A stretch of 63,373 nt of DNA, counting the filler, from Chiloscyllium plagiosum (Eukaryota): NCBI RefSeq assembly GCF_004010195.1. It is 4 parts of one record of this genome, joined end to end, with 100 filler letters (N's around TTAATTAATTAA, not from the genome) between each part and the next. Parts side by side here need not be neighbours in the genome. Positions count along the whole stretch, not along the records: positions 27,797 to 58,939 come from NC_057715.1; positions 59,040 to 63,373 come from NC_057715.1; 2 more parts are not named here. One strand, given 5' to 3'. A program made the translations under genes and the position numbers. Every line of letters starts with the position of its first letter. Positions within the stretch are counted from its first letter, which is position 1. The notes beneath the pieces were generated by a model that worked only from the letters and a program-made list of their open reading frames with translations, was not told the origin of the DNA and ran no database searches. Shown here in pieces: positions 49,561 to 63,084 of the stretch.

Positions 49561-51959
49561 ATCTTGAAAGCTCGGAAATTTTGCCGTGTGGTAAAGGTTT
49601 CCTGTAGACATTTCCTTGGAATATGAATTAGGACCAATCATGCAATTGATCACTTGCTTAGTGGAGAATTAACTAGCTACAAATTGGTTTACCCAGCAGA
49701 TCATTTGTATAGGATTCTGGAAGGATCCTGTAGCATGGACCTTGGTGATTTCAAAACGTAGATGTCAAAAGCATATCTCCAGTCATGAGACACGTTGGAC
49801 GTAGTGTGATCTATAAATAAAGGTCATAGAATGTTGGGCACTTGTGTGTACACAAAGTGGGCTGATTTTTATCCTCGGTTAGCAGAGGATGTCTATAAGA
49901 TGTTGAGGAAAGCCAGGGTTAACTGCCTGTCATTTTTGCATCATTTTGATATTGTACTGCAATGGAGAAAGTAGAGATGGTCCTCCTGGCCGGAAGGCCA
50001 TTGAACCAGCAGCATGTGAGCTCTCCACAATGTAGGGAAACTGACCCCCATTAGCTTCCCTAGGTGCCTTTCTGTTCTGGAGCCCATGGACAGGTTCCTT
50101 CATCAAACGTGCTCTCTGGTTCACTGGGAGCTGCCTGACAAGCCCCGCGCCACCCCACCACTACCCACTCCACGCCCCCAAACCCCATTTATCTGATTGG
50201 TGGATTTGCCTGCTCCCATGGTATCCTTGTCTTCCAGACCCATTCCCAGCAGTGGCTGCAAATCCTGGTAGTGCTGCTGAAACAGCTGAACTACTGGCAC
50301 TCCATCTGGTTGGCAGCTCTTGGGGATGGGTGTCCATCCTTCAGAGGATCAGGAGTCCTGACAGCAACCAATTAGTTCCAAACAGCTGGAAAATGCTCCT
50401 GGGTGTCCATGATAGCCAAAGCAGGGTTATCCCAGCTTTCAGGCCTGTCATCAAGACCCCAGCTGCCGCAATATAATTTTAGCCAATGGGTGAATTTCTC
50501 TAGGGATTCTCTTTCTCCCTCTGGCAGAAGAGAGATTAAAACCCAGTGTTTTGCCAAAGTTGCAGACACAAGCTGAAGTTCCCTACCACACAATGTTTGC
50601 AATTTTAAATTCCCTTCCTACTTAAAAACAGTACAATTTCAAACACATTATTCAGAAAAAGACTATCCCTTTTATGAACCAGTGTAAGTCAGGCCTCACT
50701 TACTCATCAGTCATGCAATGCTTAAACTGAAATACAGTGGAGGATTATATTTTCAAATTCTACTAATTTAATTGAGGATTCCTCTTCAAAATAATTCATT
50801 AGAAAACAGACCAAGGTTGCATACTTGATTTGTCAGGTTCTGCACAGTTGGCATGCCACTCAAAAATCAGAGTCAATGCTGCTTCTTTTAAATGCGTGTT
50901 ATATTATGAAAGCAATTACTGTGATAGGAATAAAATATATTCTGCAATTAGTAAAACAGGAACAGAGAATCGTTGCAGTTGTGTCCCTGGTTGGTCTATC
51001 TTTTCAATACTGATTATAACTCAAAGTACTGTTGCTAAATGCTCATAACACTAATTGCCCACCGTTGCCTTTTCTCTGATGTGCATACAAAACAACAACT
51101 TATGCAACACCTTTTATGACATAAAGCATCCAAAGGCACTTCTCAGGAACACTATCCACAAAATTTGATACCAAGATATACCAGTCGAAATTAGGAAGGA
51201 TTGCCAAAAGCTTGGAATTGGAGGGAAAAAGAAAAGTAGAGATGGGGAGAGAGTTAGGGAGATTCAAGAGACAATCTCTCTGAAGCATCATTTGCTTAAT
51301 GATGGATATGGCCAAATAGTGCAAAACTAACCTGATGGCAATGATATACAAAAAAGACCAGAATGTTAAAAAAAATCGACCTTTGATTCCAGTGATCATT
51401 TTGCAATTTCCTGCACACAAGCAGCCCTGATTTTAAAGTTTAAAATTGCTTTCGTTCTGTGCATTTAGTAGAATTATATCCCATTTCCATAAAACTTTCA
51501 GCTTACTCTTTGAAGGTCATATTTGTGCTGTACTGTAAGCAGAAGTCTGAACTGAATTCTTTCAAACTGTTCCAGAATATAGCAAACTGCACTATTGTGA
51601 CATAAATATATAAGTACTGTTCCAGGTTAAACTCGGAATTAAATATCAATTCTTCGTTTGTGTTTATCTTTCATAAAACAAGACAGTAAAAGCAATAGTT
51701 TCCAGGTATTCAATCATTCTCCCTGTCACAGGAGAGGCAGTTGTGTGTCTGCTCACAGTTCACAGCTGACAGTACTGAGATGGAATCATAAAAGTCAATT
51801 AATCATTAAAAGCTGTTACAAGCACGCATCGAACAACCCTGGCATGAAATGTTAATCAGTCCAGTATCAATATAATAAATTCCTGCAAATTGGAGAGATC
51901 AATAACTTTGAAGCTGAAAAGATCAATTGCAGGGCACTAGGCCACTCCTTTGGGCCCTG

Positions 51960-52115
51960 GTGACATGGTTGCCACACGAAAAAAACACCTCCAGGCATGT
52001 TGCCAACAGAGGTCATCTTCCCAACAGGCTGTTCACTTCAGCAATTGTTACCACGGTGACAGCATGTCACAGTTGCCCTAGTGTCCTGCTGGGGTAGGTG
52101 GAAGCCAATGCATCA
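51960..52115. promoter_or_regulatory. Candidate RFX X-box cluster with CCAAT box
   Basis: GTTACCACGGTGAC (52047-52060; reverse complement fits GTNRCC-N2-RGYAAC). GTTGCC half-sites at 51968, 51999 and 52072; CCAAT at 52105. Confidence 0.4.
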
Positions 52116-55100
52116 CTGGCTTTGATGGATTTGTCAATAATGCTTAGCAAGGGAGGAGAACTGTTCACATAACACTTGCAGGTTTGCTGTCCCAGAGTGG
52201 GTCAGGGTGATTTAATTGTTTGCAAGGAGGTGTGAGCCTGCATACATACAAGGATTAAATAATGTGCACAAAAAGCACAAGGTTTTCATCAGAAATTGCT
52301 GTAGGTTAAAAACCCAGGGAAAAAGAACAATAAGTAATGCCTGTCAAGTAACTATTTCATTCAATGACAAAATGTGAAACCATTGTAATCATGCTTATAC
52401 CAACATAGTATACCAGATTTTAAAAGGTAAAAATTAATAAGTTACTGGTATCAGTTTTAAATTTAAATAGATGTCTGTTGATCATTAATTCTTCAATGGT
52501 TGTGGTAGCATGAATTTAGTAGAGTCAAAAGGTTCCAGAAGAAATTTTTGTCTTGCTTTCCAAGCAGAGAAGGAATAGCTTTAAAAATATGAAAATATGC
52601 AATAGCATGAAAAGAAATTGCTGTTAAAAAATGTTAATAGACTGTCAAATGCTTTTTATTGTTTACATACTTTATTGAATATTGCAAACACATGTTAGTG
52701 GATGGATGTGATAGATCAGAAAGTTATTTTCTGATCTCTAGGATCTGTAGATAAATTATTTTCATTCCAAATCTGAGGGATGAATTGATGCAAGCATAAA
52801 ACAGGATTTGTAAATGAAACAGGTATACTGATGCAGCAGCATGGTTTGGTAAGGCAGAGATCTAGTAAGGCACAGTATTATGCCCTAACCTTACCCTCTG
52901 TTATACCTAAACTGGGCAAACTCGATTATGTCACCAAAAATGTCCTTTCCCCTGTATTTTAATTGGCACAAATTTAATTGCCTCATTTGCAAGACACAAA
53001 TTACAAATGCTTTATGTCGTACAAATGTGAACAAGATTATCTGGCTCATATATATCATGACCCTACAAGCAGAGATATCTTAACTAGGAAAGAAAATTGA
53101 GAAAAATTAGAAAACACAAGAAATAATTCTACACCTTTATGATGCTGGCAAGAAGCAACAGCTACCAGTAATACATACAAAAATTTAAAATGCACACTAC
53201 ACACAATTTTTCCAATGCATTTAAATGATTGGAAAGTGATACATGGCAATGATAAAACTTCTGGATTGTGGTCTTGTAGAGTAAAGTTCTCTGTCAGAAA
53301 ATAGAAATAAGAAAAGTACCCTTGTGCTATCAAAATAAAGTGAGCAATCAGATCAGCTCAATCGTCTGAAAAGGTCCATATAAATCTGCACACAGTACCC
53401 CTTTCTTGTAAATGGTGGGTGAAGAAGTACTGAAAAGTCATGCTTAAAGATGCTGGATTGGAGAAGGCCCAATTCAGCAATAACAGAAAGGTTCTGTTCT
53501 AAATTGTGCAGGGAAGAAAAGAGCAAGGCAAAGATTAATAGTGAAAAATCTTCCTACAAAGATAGTCATGGTAAACAAAAGTCAATTCCTAAAAGGTAAA
53601 AAGCATGTGTAACAGAAAACAATTATAAGTAATGATTGAAACCAAGCTGAAGCTTAAACTGAAGGTATCTCTTGAGAGCAGAAAGCAGCCCATGTCTTTG
53701 TAAAATGAGGCAAAATAAAAATGTAGGTGTGTCACAGAAGAATGTAGAAAAATCATGAGAAGTAACTTAAAGTATTTAGTTCGAAACAATTAGTAAAATT
53801 GATTTTCAACAGGAGCACAAAGCAGGTAATAGCAGCTTGGCAGTTTGCTTTTCCCCAATTGTTTCGCACTGACTTTAATTAAAGATAAAATGAGTCATAT
53901 GACAAGTATGCTGTCAATGCATCATCACCTGATGAATACTACTACCCAAGATACTGGTCAGTGTGTCTTGATGGAATCTCAGAAATGGCCACAATTTTTT
54001 CAATTCTCTTTAAATCTGCAAATTGAGCCTGAGAAAGAATAACATCAATTAAGGACAAACTCCTACTTCACAATTCATTCAGTAAAACTTTAAAGAAGTG
54101 TAGATTGATCCAGGGCAGGCAGTAAAGCTATGTTAAGGCCAAGGTAAGTTTGACAATCCTAAGAATTTTTTTAACAGATGATAAATCAGATATTTAAAAG
54201 GAATGCTGTAACCATCATAGAAGAAATTTAATAACATGAATTTGCATTATTTTGTGCTTTTAACATAATAAGCATCAACCAGAGTTCACAGAGGAGCATT
54301 AGTAGATAAAGTTTGCCACAATTGTCAGAAAGACAACTCACAGAGGTTTTGTGATAAAAGTGAAGATATGAGATAAAATCGAGCAATATGTATGAGATGT
54401 TGGATGACAATTTGAAAACTAAGTCCTGATGGAGTGTAGAAGAATTTGGAGTGATAGTTGGATGATGATTCCATTATTATTCTTCATAGGTGCAGATTAT
54501 TTAGACTTGCCCAATGCTATTGTCTTGTTACATGGGCACTTAAACCTTCACATACTTCTGCAACATAATTATTCACCATTTAAATGATTTTAAGTATTGT
54601 TTAAAAAAAAGACTTTGTGGAAGCTTTTCTACTTACATTCATTAAACATACCAATATAAAAGGGCAAAATATTTTATATGGACTGAGCAGAGACCGCTGA
54701 TTTATTGCTAGCTAACTACCATGTTTTATTTAAATTTAAATCAGGCAGATTGGCTCTGATTGGTTAAAGCATAGCCTGAGGAGTGAAACCTAGAATGAAT
54801 ATTGGCTATTTTGTTAAGTTGGAACAGGTGTAACATATGTACATGTTCATTCTGTCCATAAAGAGCAGTTTCTTTAGTTTGTAAACAATGATAAGGAAGA
54901 TAGATGAATGCACATTGTTTTACAATGAATCATATATGTTACAAATTGGGGTTCTATCCTTTCTGTTCAGTAAAGACAAATTGTGGTTTTGTATGCAATA
55001 TTGATGATAAAGACTACTGCTTTCAATTTTGATGAACTCAGAGTTTTTCCGCATAACACTTGAAATTTCAAATTGAAAAGCAGACAAAGTTTGCTTATCA

Positions 55101-55469
55101 TAGTCATAGAGTCATACAGCTTGGAGACAGACCCTTTGCTCCAGCCAATCCATTCCCAACATAATCCCAAACTAAACCTGTCTGCTCCTGCATATCTTAA
55201 ATAAAATTGTGTTTATGTATGTTATCACTACTAATTATATAAATTTGTGATAGAGTTTGTTTGTCTATACATAAAACAACATTGCATGAATCAGTAAAAG
55301 GAATAGCCCATCTGATTCTTCGGAAAATGGCCTAAGACTTGTACCTTAAGGCTGTGGATAGTCATTCTTTTCCACAAATAAAAACTTGGAAAGGTGACTA
55401 AACAATTACATCTCATCCTGTTAGGAGTTGAACATATCAATGCACTGCAATTTTTTTGGAGTTTGCCTT

Positions 55470-56120
55470 TGAGGTGCATTGGTAGTATCTCTACTTCTGA
55501 GCGAGAAGATCTGGATTCAAGTCTTGCCTGGCATGATATGTGTCATAGCACAACCAAACAGCTGGATTAAAAAGCTTAAATTACATGGTGGCTCAGTTGT
55601 CAGCATTGCTGCCTCAAAGCACTGGGACCTGGGTTCAATTCCTGCCTCAGGAGACTGTCTATGTGGAGTTTGCACATTCTCCCTATGTCTATGTGGGTTT
55701 CCTCCCACTATCCAAAGAGGTGCAGGTCAGGTGAATTAGCCATACTAAATTGTCCATAGTGTTAGGTGCATTAGCCAGGGTAAATATAAGGGAATGGGTC
55801 TGGGTGGATTATTCTTCAGAGGGTCGGTGTGGATTTGTTGGGCCAAATGACCTGTTTCCACACTGTAAGGAATCTTAAAAAAAGGTCCTTTCCATACTCT
55901 TATGTGGATGTAAAACCTTAATGGTACTACTTGAAAAAGAGAAGAAAGGATTCACTGATATCCTGATAAATATTTATCCTTCGACAAACAAAACTAATTC
56001 CTATTAACTTATCTCACTGCTATTTGTGGGACTTTTCTGTACTCTAATTGGCTGGTACATTTGCCTCCCTTATAACAAAGAAAACACTTAAAAATTATTT
56101 CATTTTGGAAATGCTCATTT
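55470..56120 (+). mobile_element. Deu-domain SINE (SacSINE1-like) interrupted by HE1 SINE
   Basis: tRNA-like head at 55470-55530. GTGGATGTAAAA...AATATTTATCCTTC...TGCTATTTGTGGGA...ATTGGCTG at 55903-56055 follows the recalled Deu domain. Confidence 0.6.
55584..55876 (+). mobile_element. HE1-like V-SINE
   Basis: Head, V-domain and tail. Confidence 0.88.
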
Positions 56121-56134
56121 TTGTATTGAAGTTC

Positions 56135-56740
56135 CTTTATGGGAAGGGATTCCAGAATTTAGAGTCAAGATAACTGAAGGCATGGCTGCCTCGGAGATGC
56201 TCAGAAGTTGGAAGAGCACAAATATCTTAGCAGGTCGGAGAGCTGGAAGATATTACAGAAATAGGGAGAGATGGGCCTTGGAGAGAACAGAAAACAAGCA
56301 GGAGTATTTTAAACTGAAGTCACAACTTGACCAGGAAGCAATCCAGGTCAGCAAACACAGAGGTGAGAGGTAAGTGGGACTCGGTGCAAGTTAAGACATG
56401 GGCAGCAGATTTTTGGATCATATCATGTTTATGGAGGGTAGAAGGTGGGAAACCAACCAGGCTCCTAGCTGGAACAATCAAGTCGAGAATTTGAAAAGGC
56501 ATGTTGAGGGTTTTAGCAACACGAGCTAAGAGAGTGACAAAGGCAAGTGAGGTCATTGAGGTATAAATAAAGAGGTTAGTGATAGCGCAAATTTGTGATT
56601 GAAGCTCATTTCAGGATCAAATATGACAGTATGTCTGTGAGTAAGCTGGCAGTAATCTCACACTGTTGCCAAAGGGAGGGATAGAATCATAGCTAGGGAA
56701 CGGAGTTTGAAGCGAAGACTGAAAATGATGGCTTTTGTAT
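56135..56740 (-). mobile_element. L2-like LINE 3' fragment
   Basis: IQKSAAHVLTCTESHLPLTSVFADL matches the L2 C-terminal LQ.IQN.AARILT...HITP.L..LHWL pattern. Confidence 0.65.
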
Positions 56741-58939
56741 TTAATTGCCCTTTAAATTATTAGTTCTAGTTCCCTCCGGAGAAATGTCTCACCTTGGTAT
56801 CCCCTGTGACTTTACAAATTTATAATGCAGAGAACTGTGAGGAGAACTGAAGTGGGGAAGAGGTCGGTCTGTGTGCTTAGTCATGCAACAGGATTTCATT
56901 ATTAGCTTCCCATAATGCAAAATGTTAATTTTGCCCTGGAGGTCATATAGAGTTCGAACTAACATACCTTTAAAATCAGATTCCAGGTTTCATTTCTAAT
57001 CCCCTGTTATGTCTGTGGAAGAGAAGAATGCTCAGATACATCCACCACAATGGAAGGAGGGAATTATTAAAGCCTTATGCATGCATGACAAATCCACACT
57101 GGAGTGTATTCTAGCTGTCTCCTGTATTACTACTTATTTTCTGCTGATCAAAAATATCTGAGTAGACAAACAAAAAAAAACTGCCTCTTGGAATAATGAG
57201 GACTCACTAGGAGGAAAATAAGGCAAACAAAAAGAGAAAATACTGGAAACACTCAGCGGGTCATCCAGCATTTGAGATGTTAACCTGTGCTGACAAAAGA
57301 TGGAGAACTCTTATGGAACTCCATAAGTAATTTCTACCATAAATTTGTAAAAGAATAGATGCTTCTCTTCTAGGCCAATATAGCCCAGCCCAGTTTTACA
57401 CTGGAAGGCTTATAATATATCAGGATGTTTTGCTTTTTTTTATGGTTCATGTCTTCTTTCTGTTGAACAATGGAAAATGCCTGAGGAGTGACCAAATTAA
57501 GAGATATGGAAACATTTTCCAATGTGAAAATAACAATGAATTGTGTTGTTTCAAAACAAGGTAAATTATTAACCTCTCCATTTATTTGAAATAGCTGAGA
57601 AAATAAAGCAATGCATATTAATTACATTCAAGAGATTGTCTATTTATGGCATTAGATCATAAGATCACAAAATAATTGATTTTTTTTTCAAAACATCCGC
57701 TTAAAAATAGTGGTCCAAGTTTACCTTTTTTGTATCTGCCTTTTAAAATGGCAGCTGTAGATAAACATGGATATCCTGCTCCCACTTCCGACAGATTTAG
57801 TTGATTCACGCAGGAGGAAAAACCAAACTCAGCAAGGACTGTTGAATTTAGTGATGAGTTTATACTAATTTCATTTTGGCTGTTTCAAGGGCCTAACCCC
57901 CACAATATGGTAGTCATGAGTTAATGACACAAACTCATGAAGGACATGAGTTTCTGGCAATGGTGTCCATATGACTGAATAGGACAATTCCCATCCCACA
58001 GATACTTGGGCAAAGGGCATACGACATCCCATGAGTTAGTGTGATCCTGTGTACAGGAGTTTCTTTCTTTTCTTTCCTTCTTTGGCACCTCTCTGCCTCA
58101 ACATAAAGGCATTTGAACTCATATCTGATGCAGCTTGGTGGATGAGCCATCGCTATTTTGAACAATTGGTAGCAAGCGCCACCTGGTTATTAAAGTCAAT
58201 GCTGTCACACTTTAGACGAGATGTGAAGCCATTGGAGAGGGTACAGCCAAAGTTTACAGGAACAAATACAGGGTTGCTTGTCCTCAGTCCCATGAACTGA
58301 AGGAGATGCTATGGTAGTTCTTCGCAGACTGAAAGTAGGTTTGATTAGAGGTTATGGTGATTATGATAATGGCTCAACAAACATGGAAACAGAGCACAGA
58401 ATTAGTCTTATGTGCTTCTAATACTTTTGAGCCATCCAGCCTTCCACCATCATGCCCTTGAATCCCCTCGGCCCTTCATTCCCTCATACTAATACATGTC
58501 TCTCACTTACTCCAACGTAGGCCTGCCTCTTCCTACTGCCCCTTCGACCATGACCCCACCCCCCATCACCAAACCATCATCTCCCAGACCATACAGAACC
58601 TCATCACCTCAGGAGATCTCCCACCCACAGCTTCCAACCTCATAGTCCGGAAACCCCGCACTGCCCGGTTCTACCTCCTTCCCAAGATCCACAAGCCTGA
58701 CCACCCTGGCCGACCCATTGTCTCAGCACGCTCCTGGCCCACTGAACTTATCTCTACCTACCTCGACGCTGTCCTATCCCCCCTAGTCCAGGAACTCCCC
58801 ACATACATCCGAGACACCACCCACGCCCTCCACCTCCTCCAAGACTTCCGTTTCCCCGGCCCCCAACGCCTCATCTTCACCATGGATATCCAATCCCTCT
58901 ACACCTCCATCCGCCATGACCAGGACCTCCAAGCCCTCC

Positions 58940-59039
58940 NNNNNNNNNNNNNNNNNNNNNNNNNNNNNNNNNNNNNNNNNNNNTTAATTAATTAANNNNN
59001 NNNNNNNNNNNNNNNNNNNNNNNNNNNNNNNNNNNNNNN
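58940..59039. other. Assembly gap with TTAATTAATTAA linker
   Basis: 100-nt N block; linker at 58984-58995. Confidence 0.97.
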
Positions 59040-59477
59040 GGAACATCTCCGGGACACCCGCACCAATCAACCTCACCGCCCTGTGGCCCAACATTTCAAC
59101 TCCCCCTCCCACTCTGCCAAGGACATGGAGGTCCTGGGCCTCCTTCACCGCCGCTCCCTCACCACCAGACGCCTGGAGGAAGAACGCCTCATCTTCCGCC
59201 TTGGAACACTTCAACCCCAGGGCATCAATGTGGACTTCAACAGTTTCCTCATTTCCCCTTCCCCTACCTCACCCTACTTCCAAACATCCAGCTCAGCACT
59301 GTCCCCATGACTTGTCCTACCTGCCCATCTTCTTTTCCACCTATCCACTCCATCCTCCTGCCTGACCTATCACCTTCATCCCCTCCCCACACTCACCTAT
59401 TGTACTCCATGCTACTTTCTCCCCACTCCCACCCTCCTCTCACTTATCTCTCCACCCTTCAGGCTCTCTGCCTGTAT

Positions 59478-59509
59478 TCCTGATGAAGGGCTTTTGCCCG
59501 AAACGTCGA
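59478..59509 (+). ncRNA. Minimal hammerhead motif (family A)
   Basis: TC-CTGATGA-A-GGGC-TTTT-GCCC-GAAA-CG-TC-GA; GUC cleavage triplet, palindromic ACGT, short stem I. Confidence 0.7.
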
Positions 59510-60449
59510 TTTTCCTGCTCCTAGGATGCTGCCTGAACTGCTGTGCTCTTCCAGCACCACTAATCCACAAATGTTGGAGATGAGTTTAGTCAAATTACTG
59601 CCTATGATATGAACAAACTAAAGAAATAACAACAGAAGACTAAAATACTTAAAGCCATTTTCTGACATAAGAAAATAATGTGCTTCGTTATGTGATAATT
59701 TCTACAGAGTAATATCTTTAAATGTTAGTTGTATGTATGTGACAATTAAATATTGTAGAAGGTTTTCGACAAATGAAAACATAAAACACATGATGGGGTG
59801 AATGTTCATGTCAACATTCTTCATTCAAGATAACTCAGTGAGGAAATTCAATCTGTTCAGAATTGTAAGACTGAGTTATAACCACTGCACTGCTAGAAGC
59901 AGATATTAGAACAGAAATACATCTATCAAATCACTCATACCTGGCAAGATTCTGTTTCTGCAGTTCTTTCATTCAATACTCAATCTCGCATGGTCTGTTA
60001 ATGGTTAGAAATGAATGTACATCAATAACAGATTGTTTCCCCTAATAACTTGGTATGCTGACATTTTCATGATGAATTATGCTGTTGATGTAGCTCAGTT
60101 AGGTGAAATTACTTCATGCATACAAATAATTTAACTGTTTGTTTCTCATCTATTAAAACTGTCTTTGACTAAATTGGTTTAAATGAATGATTAGTTAAGC
60201 TATTCATCTGCTCCCTCCCCATGTATAATGTGAGCACATTGCAAAATTCTTGAAATACATTGTTGGAATGAGACTAAATTTGAAATTTTTTAAAATAAAG
60301 GTGTTAAGCACAGTGCTGGTATATTTTGAAGATACGACTGAGAAATAATTTTCTTGCTCAGTGGGACAACGGGAGCCTGATAACACAACTTTGGCCTGAT
60401 TATGTGACTTTCACCCATGTCAATCATTATGTTTTGATGAGTGATAGTA

Positions 60450-63080
60450 TGGGATTCCCTTGCATGTACGTGCAGTAAGTACTCAGTGTAGACAGATCAG
60501 ATATCAGTCAGCATCTAATGCTGATTTGATGCATGACCTTGCATTTTCAATTAAGTCGATTATATTAATGCCCTCCCTTAAATTCACATGAGGAACTCTT
60601 ACAACTGGTCGTGTTGTCTCCGTTGAACCTTTACATGAATTGCTGGCTGCTATATTGTTGGTGAATGTACAATTTTGTTGGAAGAGTCAGCAGAGGTTCT
60701 GACACGAGAAGAAAATGGAGGAACAAGGAGGAAGTTGCACTCACTCAGGATTATCAGGGAGCATTGTACCAGCCTGTACCTCAGTGTAAACAGAGCAGTG
60801 TCTGAGAAAACTGTCCCATAGAGTTGTACCATCTCAGCGAATTGGACCTGCAGCCTCAGAGCAAGACATGGACAGCAGATCCTTGCAGGTTAGAACTGGT
60901 AATATCACCAACAGCACTGAATCCATAAGATCATGGAGGGCTGGTAGGCCAAATGGAGTCACTTCACTCTGTTCTCTCTAGATAGAGAGAGGTAGGAAGA
61001 ACAGAAACATGGCTATGCCAAGATAGCAGGCACCCTCTTGTTGCAGGAAACCATCGACTACACAAAGTTGCTTTTGTGGATCCCATATCACAGGAGAACA
61101 GAGAGAGAGAGTTCCAGTTTCTAAACGTTCAGTCATTGGTGTAAGCATCTTGTTACTGAATTCCCAGGATGCTGATAGCAATTACAATGCCTTCATCCTG
61201 TGCCAGCCAGCCACTCCTGCCATCTTCCATCTCAGTACCAAGCAAAATCACTGTACATGGAGCTAATGACCTCCCCTGCCATTCAACCATATGTGCATAG
61301 CTCTCCAATATGAAACATCATCCTGCAACTAGGAAAGTCATAAAGCAAACGATTGGCACTCTGAAGCAATGGTACACTTCCTGGATTACTCAGGTGATGG
61401 TAATGGGTAGCCCCTATTATGTATCGGAGTATGTCTTTTGACTTGTGATGGTCTTGTCCTGTATAATCAATGGTGACTGTTAATAGTATTCAGCCCTTGA
61501 GAAGGAAGAGGAAGGGAGGACATATTTGACAAATCACCTTGGGCAGTCCACAAGTGTCTCATCAAACTCTGGTTCCTCTTAAAAAAATGCCCAGATCAGT
61601 GTTCTACGATACCACCTCATCCTCCTAGCGATGTGCTATGTGTCATTGCAGCATCCTTTTGGCTGAAATCCTGAAATAAAAGATTCTCTGGAACTAAGAG
61701 ATGACTTATTTGAAACTTGTCAAGCTTTTCACAAGGTTGGTTGTGGTAATTACTGAGAAAGTGTATTAACAAATTGGGGAATTAAAATATAAGGCCACAG
61801 CCTGGGGATGATTCAACCGTTTAGTAATTTGTTGATTCTTTCACAACATATGGGTGTCATTGGCAAGACTAACATTTGTTTGACTTCCATAAATTCCTTA
61901 AGTAGGTGATGATGGACCACCTTCCTGTATTTTTCCAGTCTCTCTCTGTTGTTGAGAGACTCATGATGCTGTTAGAAATGGAGTTCCAAAATGTAAACCC
62001 AGTGACAATGAAGGAATGGCGATATATTTGCAAGTTAGGATGGTGTGTGACTTGGAGGGGAACTTGCAGGAGATCATGTTCCCATATATCTGCTGCACTT
62101 GTCATTCTAGATGATAGTGGTCATGTGTTTGCAAAGTGCTTTTGAAAGAGCCTTGGCCTGTTAATGCAGTGCATTTTGTATGTGATACAAAGCCCAGTCC
62201 ATGTTGGAGTTTTATTCCTCCATTTTTCTCTGTAGGGACAAGAATCTTCCTAGCAGGCTTTGCAATGCACCAAGCAATTCTCTGTGTGCCTATTAGGCTG
62301 CTCCTGTACGCCACTCTATCGAAGTCTCTGCACCAGCAGAACTTGTTTGAAGCCTCTCCTCAAGTCCATGGAGCTGCATGCACACCAATCTGTGTCTCAC
62401 CACTGCAGATCCCATTCTAGAATATCCTCTAAAGTACCCATAGTACCAGTTTGTGAACTTGTGTGTGTGTGCCCTTGCAAGATCAAATGATACTGTTTCT
62501 TCCTCAAAGATTTGTTCTCCTATCAGCTCAACCTCAAGCACCACTGGCATCAGTTCTTGAGTACCTAACAGTATGAACTGTGAAGGAGAAACTTGGGTTG
62601 GGGAAGAAATCACAGATTCATGCTTACAACATCTGCAGCTTGTACATCATGCCAAATAATGGTGTGAGATACCAAATATTAGGGTGAGAGTAGGGTGAAG
62701 GCAGGAACATAACCTGGTCCTGCATGATTTCAGTAAAGCCACTTGCCACTGCCTCAGTGACAGTTACACAATCTCCTGTGAGGGGTGAAAGCATACGCTG
62801 ATCCTGGTCAGCTTGCTGCTGCTGCTCCTCCTTACTTTTATGGACCACCTTGTCTTGCAAGGGAGGATGAAGAGTGTCAGTGAGTGTGTTGCAATATTGG
62901 TGATGTTCCTGAAATAGCTGAAGAGCTGGTGGTATGTGGAAACCGTGGGTGTGAGAGTCTAACAGCAAAGATGAGTGTGAATGTGAAGGACAAGCATGTG
63001 GGCAGGAGGAGCATAACAATGTGAAGTGGGATTGCTTGTGATGGGGCATGGTACATTGAGCAGTATGGGAACCTGATGTC
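60450..63080. mobile_element. Decayed PIF/Harbinger DNA transposon (transposase on +, probable Myb/SANT ORF on -)
   Basis: Fragments in HARBI1-like order: EQCLRKL, DLQPQSKTWTA, FPG..YNAFIL, VIKQTIGTLKQ, FLDYSG (60775-61470). Convergent minus remnant DKVVHKSKE near 62820-62860; LINE fragment nested at ~61830-62160. Confidence 0.55.
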
Positions 63081-63084
63081 TCTG

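Larger units (their letters stand above)
58490..59568 (+). mobile_element. Neptune-type Penelope-like element (RT N-half, gap, endonuclease C-term, 3' terminus = family A)
   Basis: PRTARFYLLPKIHKPDHPGRPIVS...YIRDTTH...IFTMDIQSLYTSI; EHLRD...VAQHFN...IFRLGTLQPQGIN. Confidence 0.92.

Noticed and set aside
53924..53960. CACCTGATGAA resembling a family C hammerhead start
   Set aside because: No stem II or GAAA follows.
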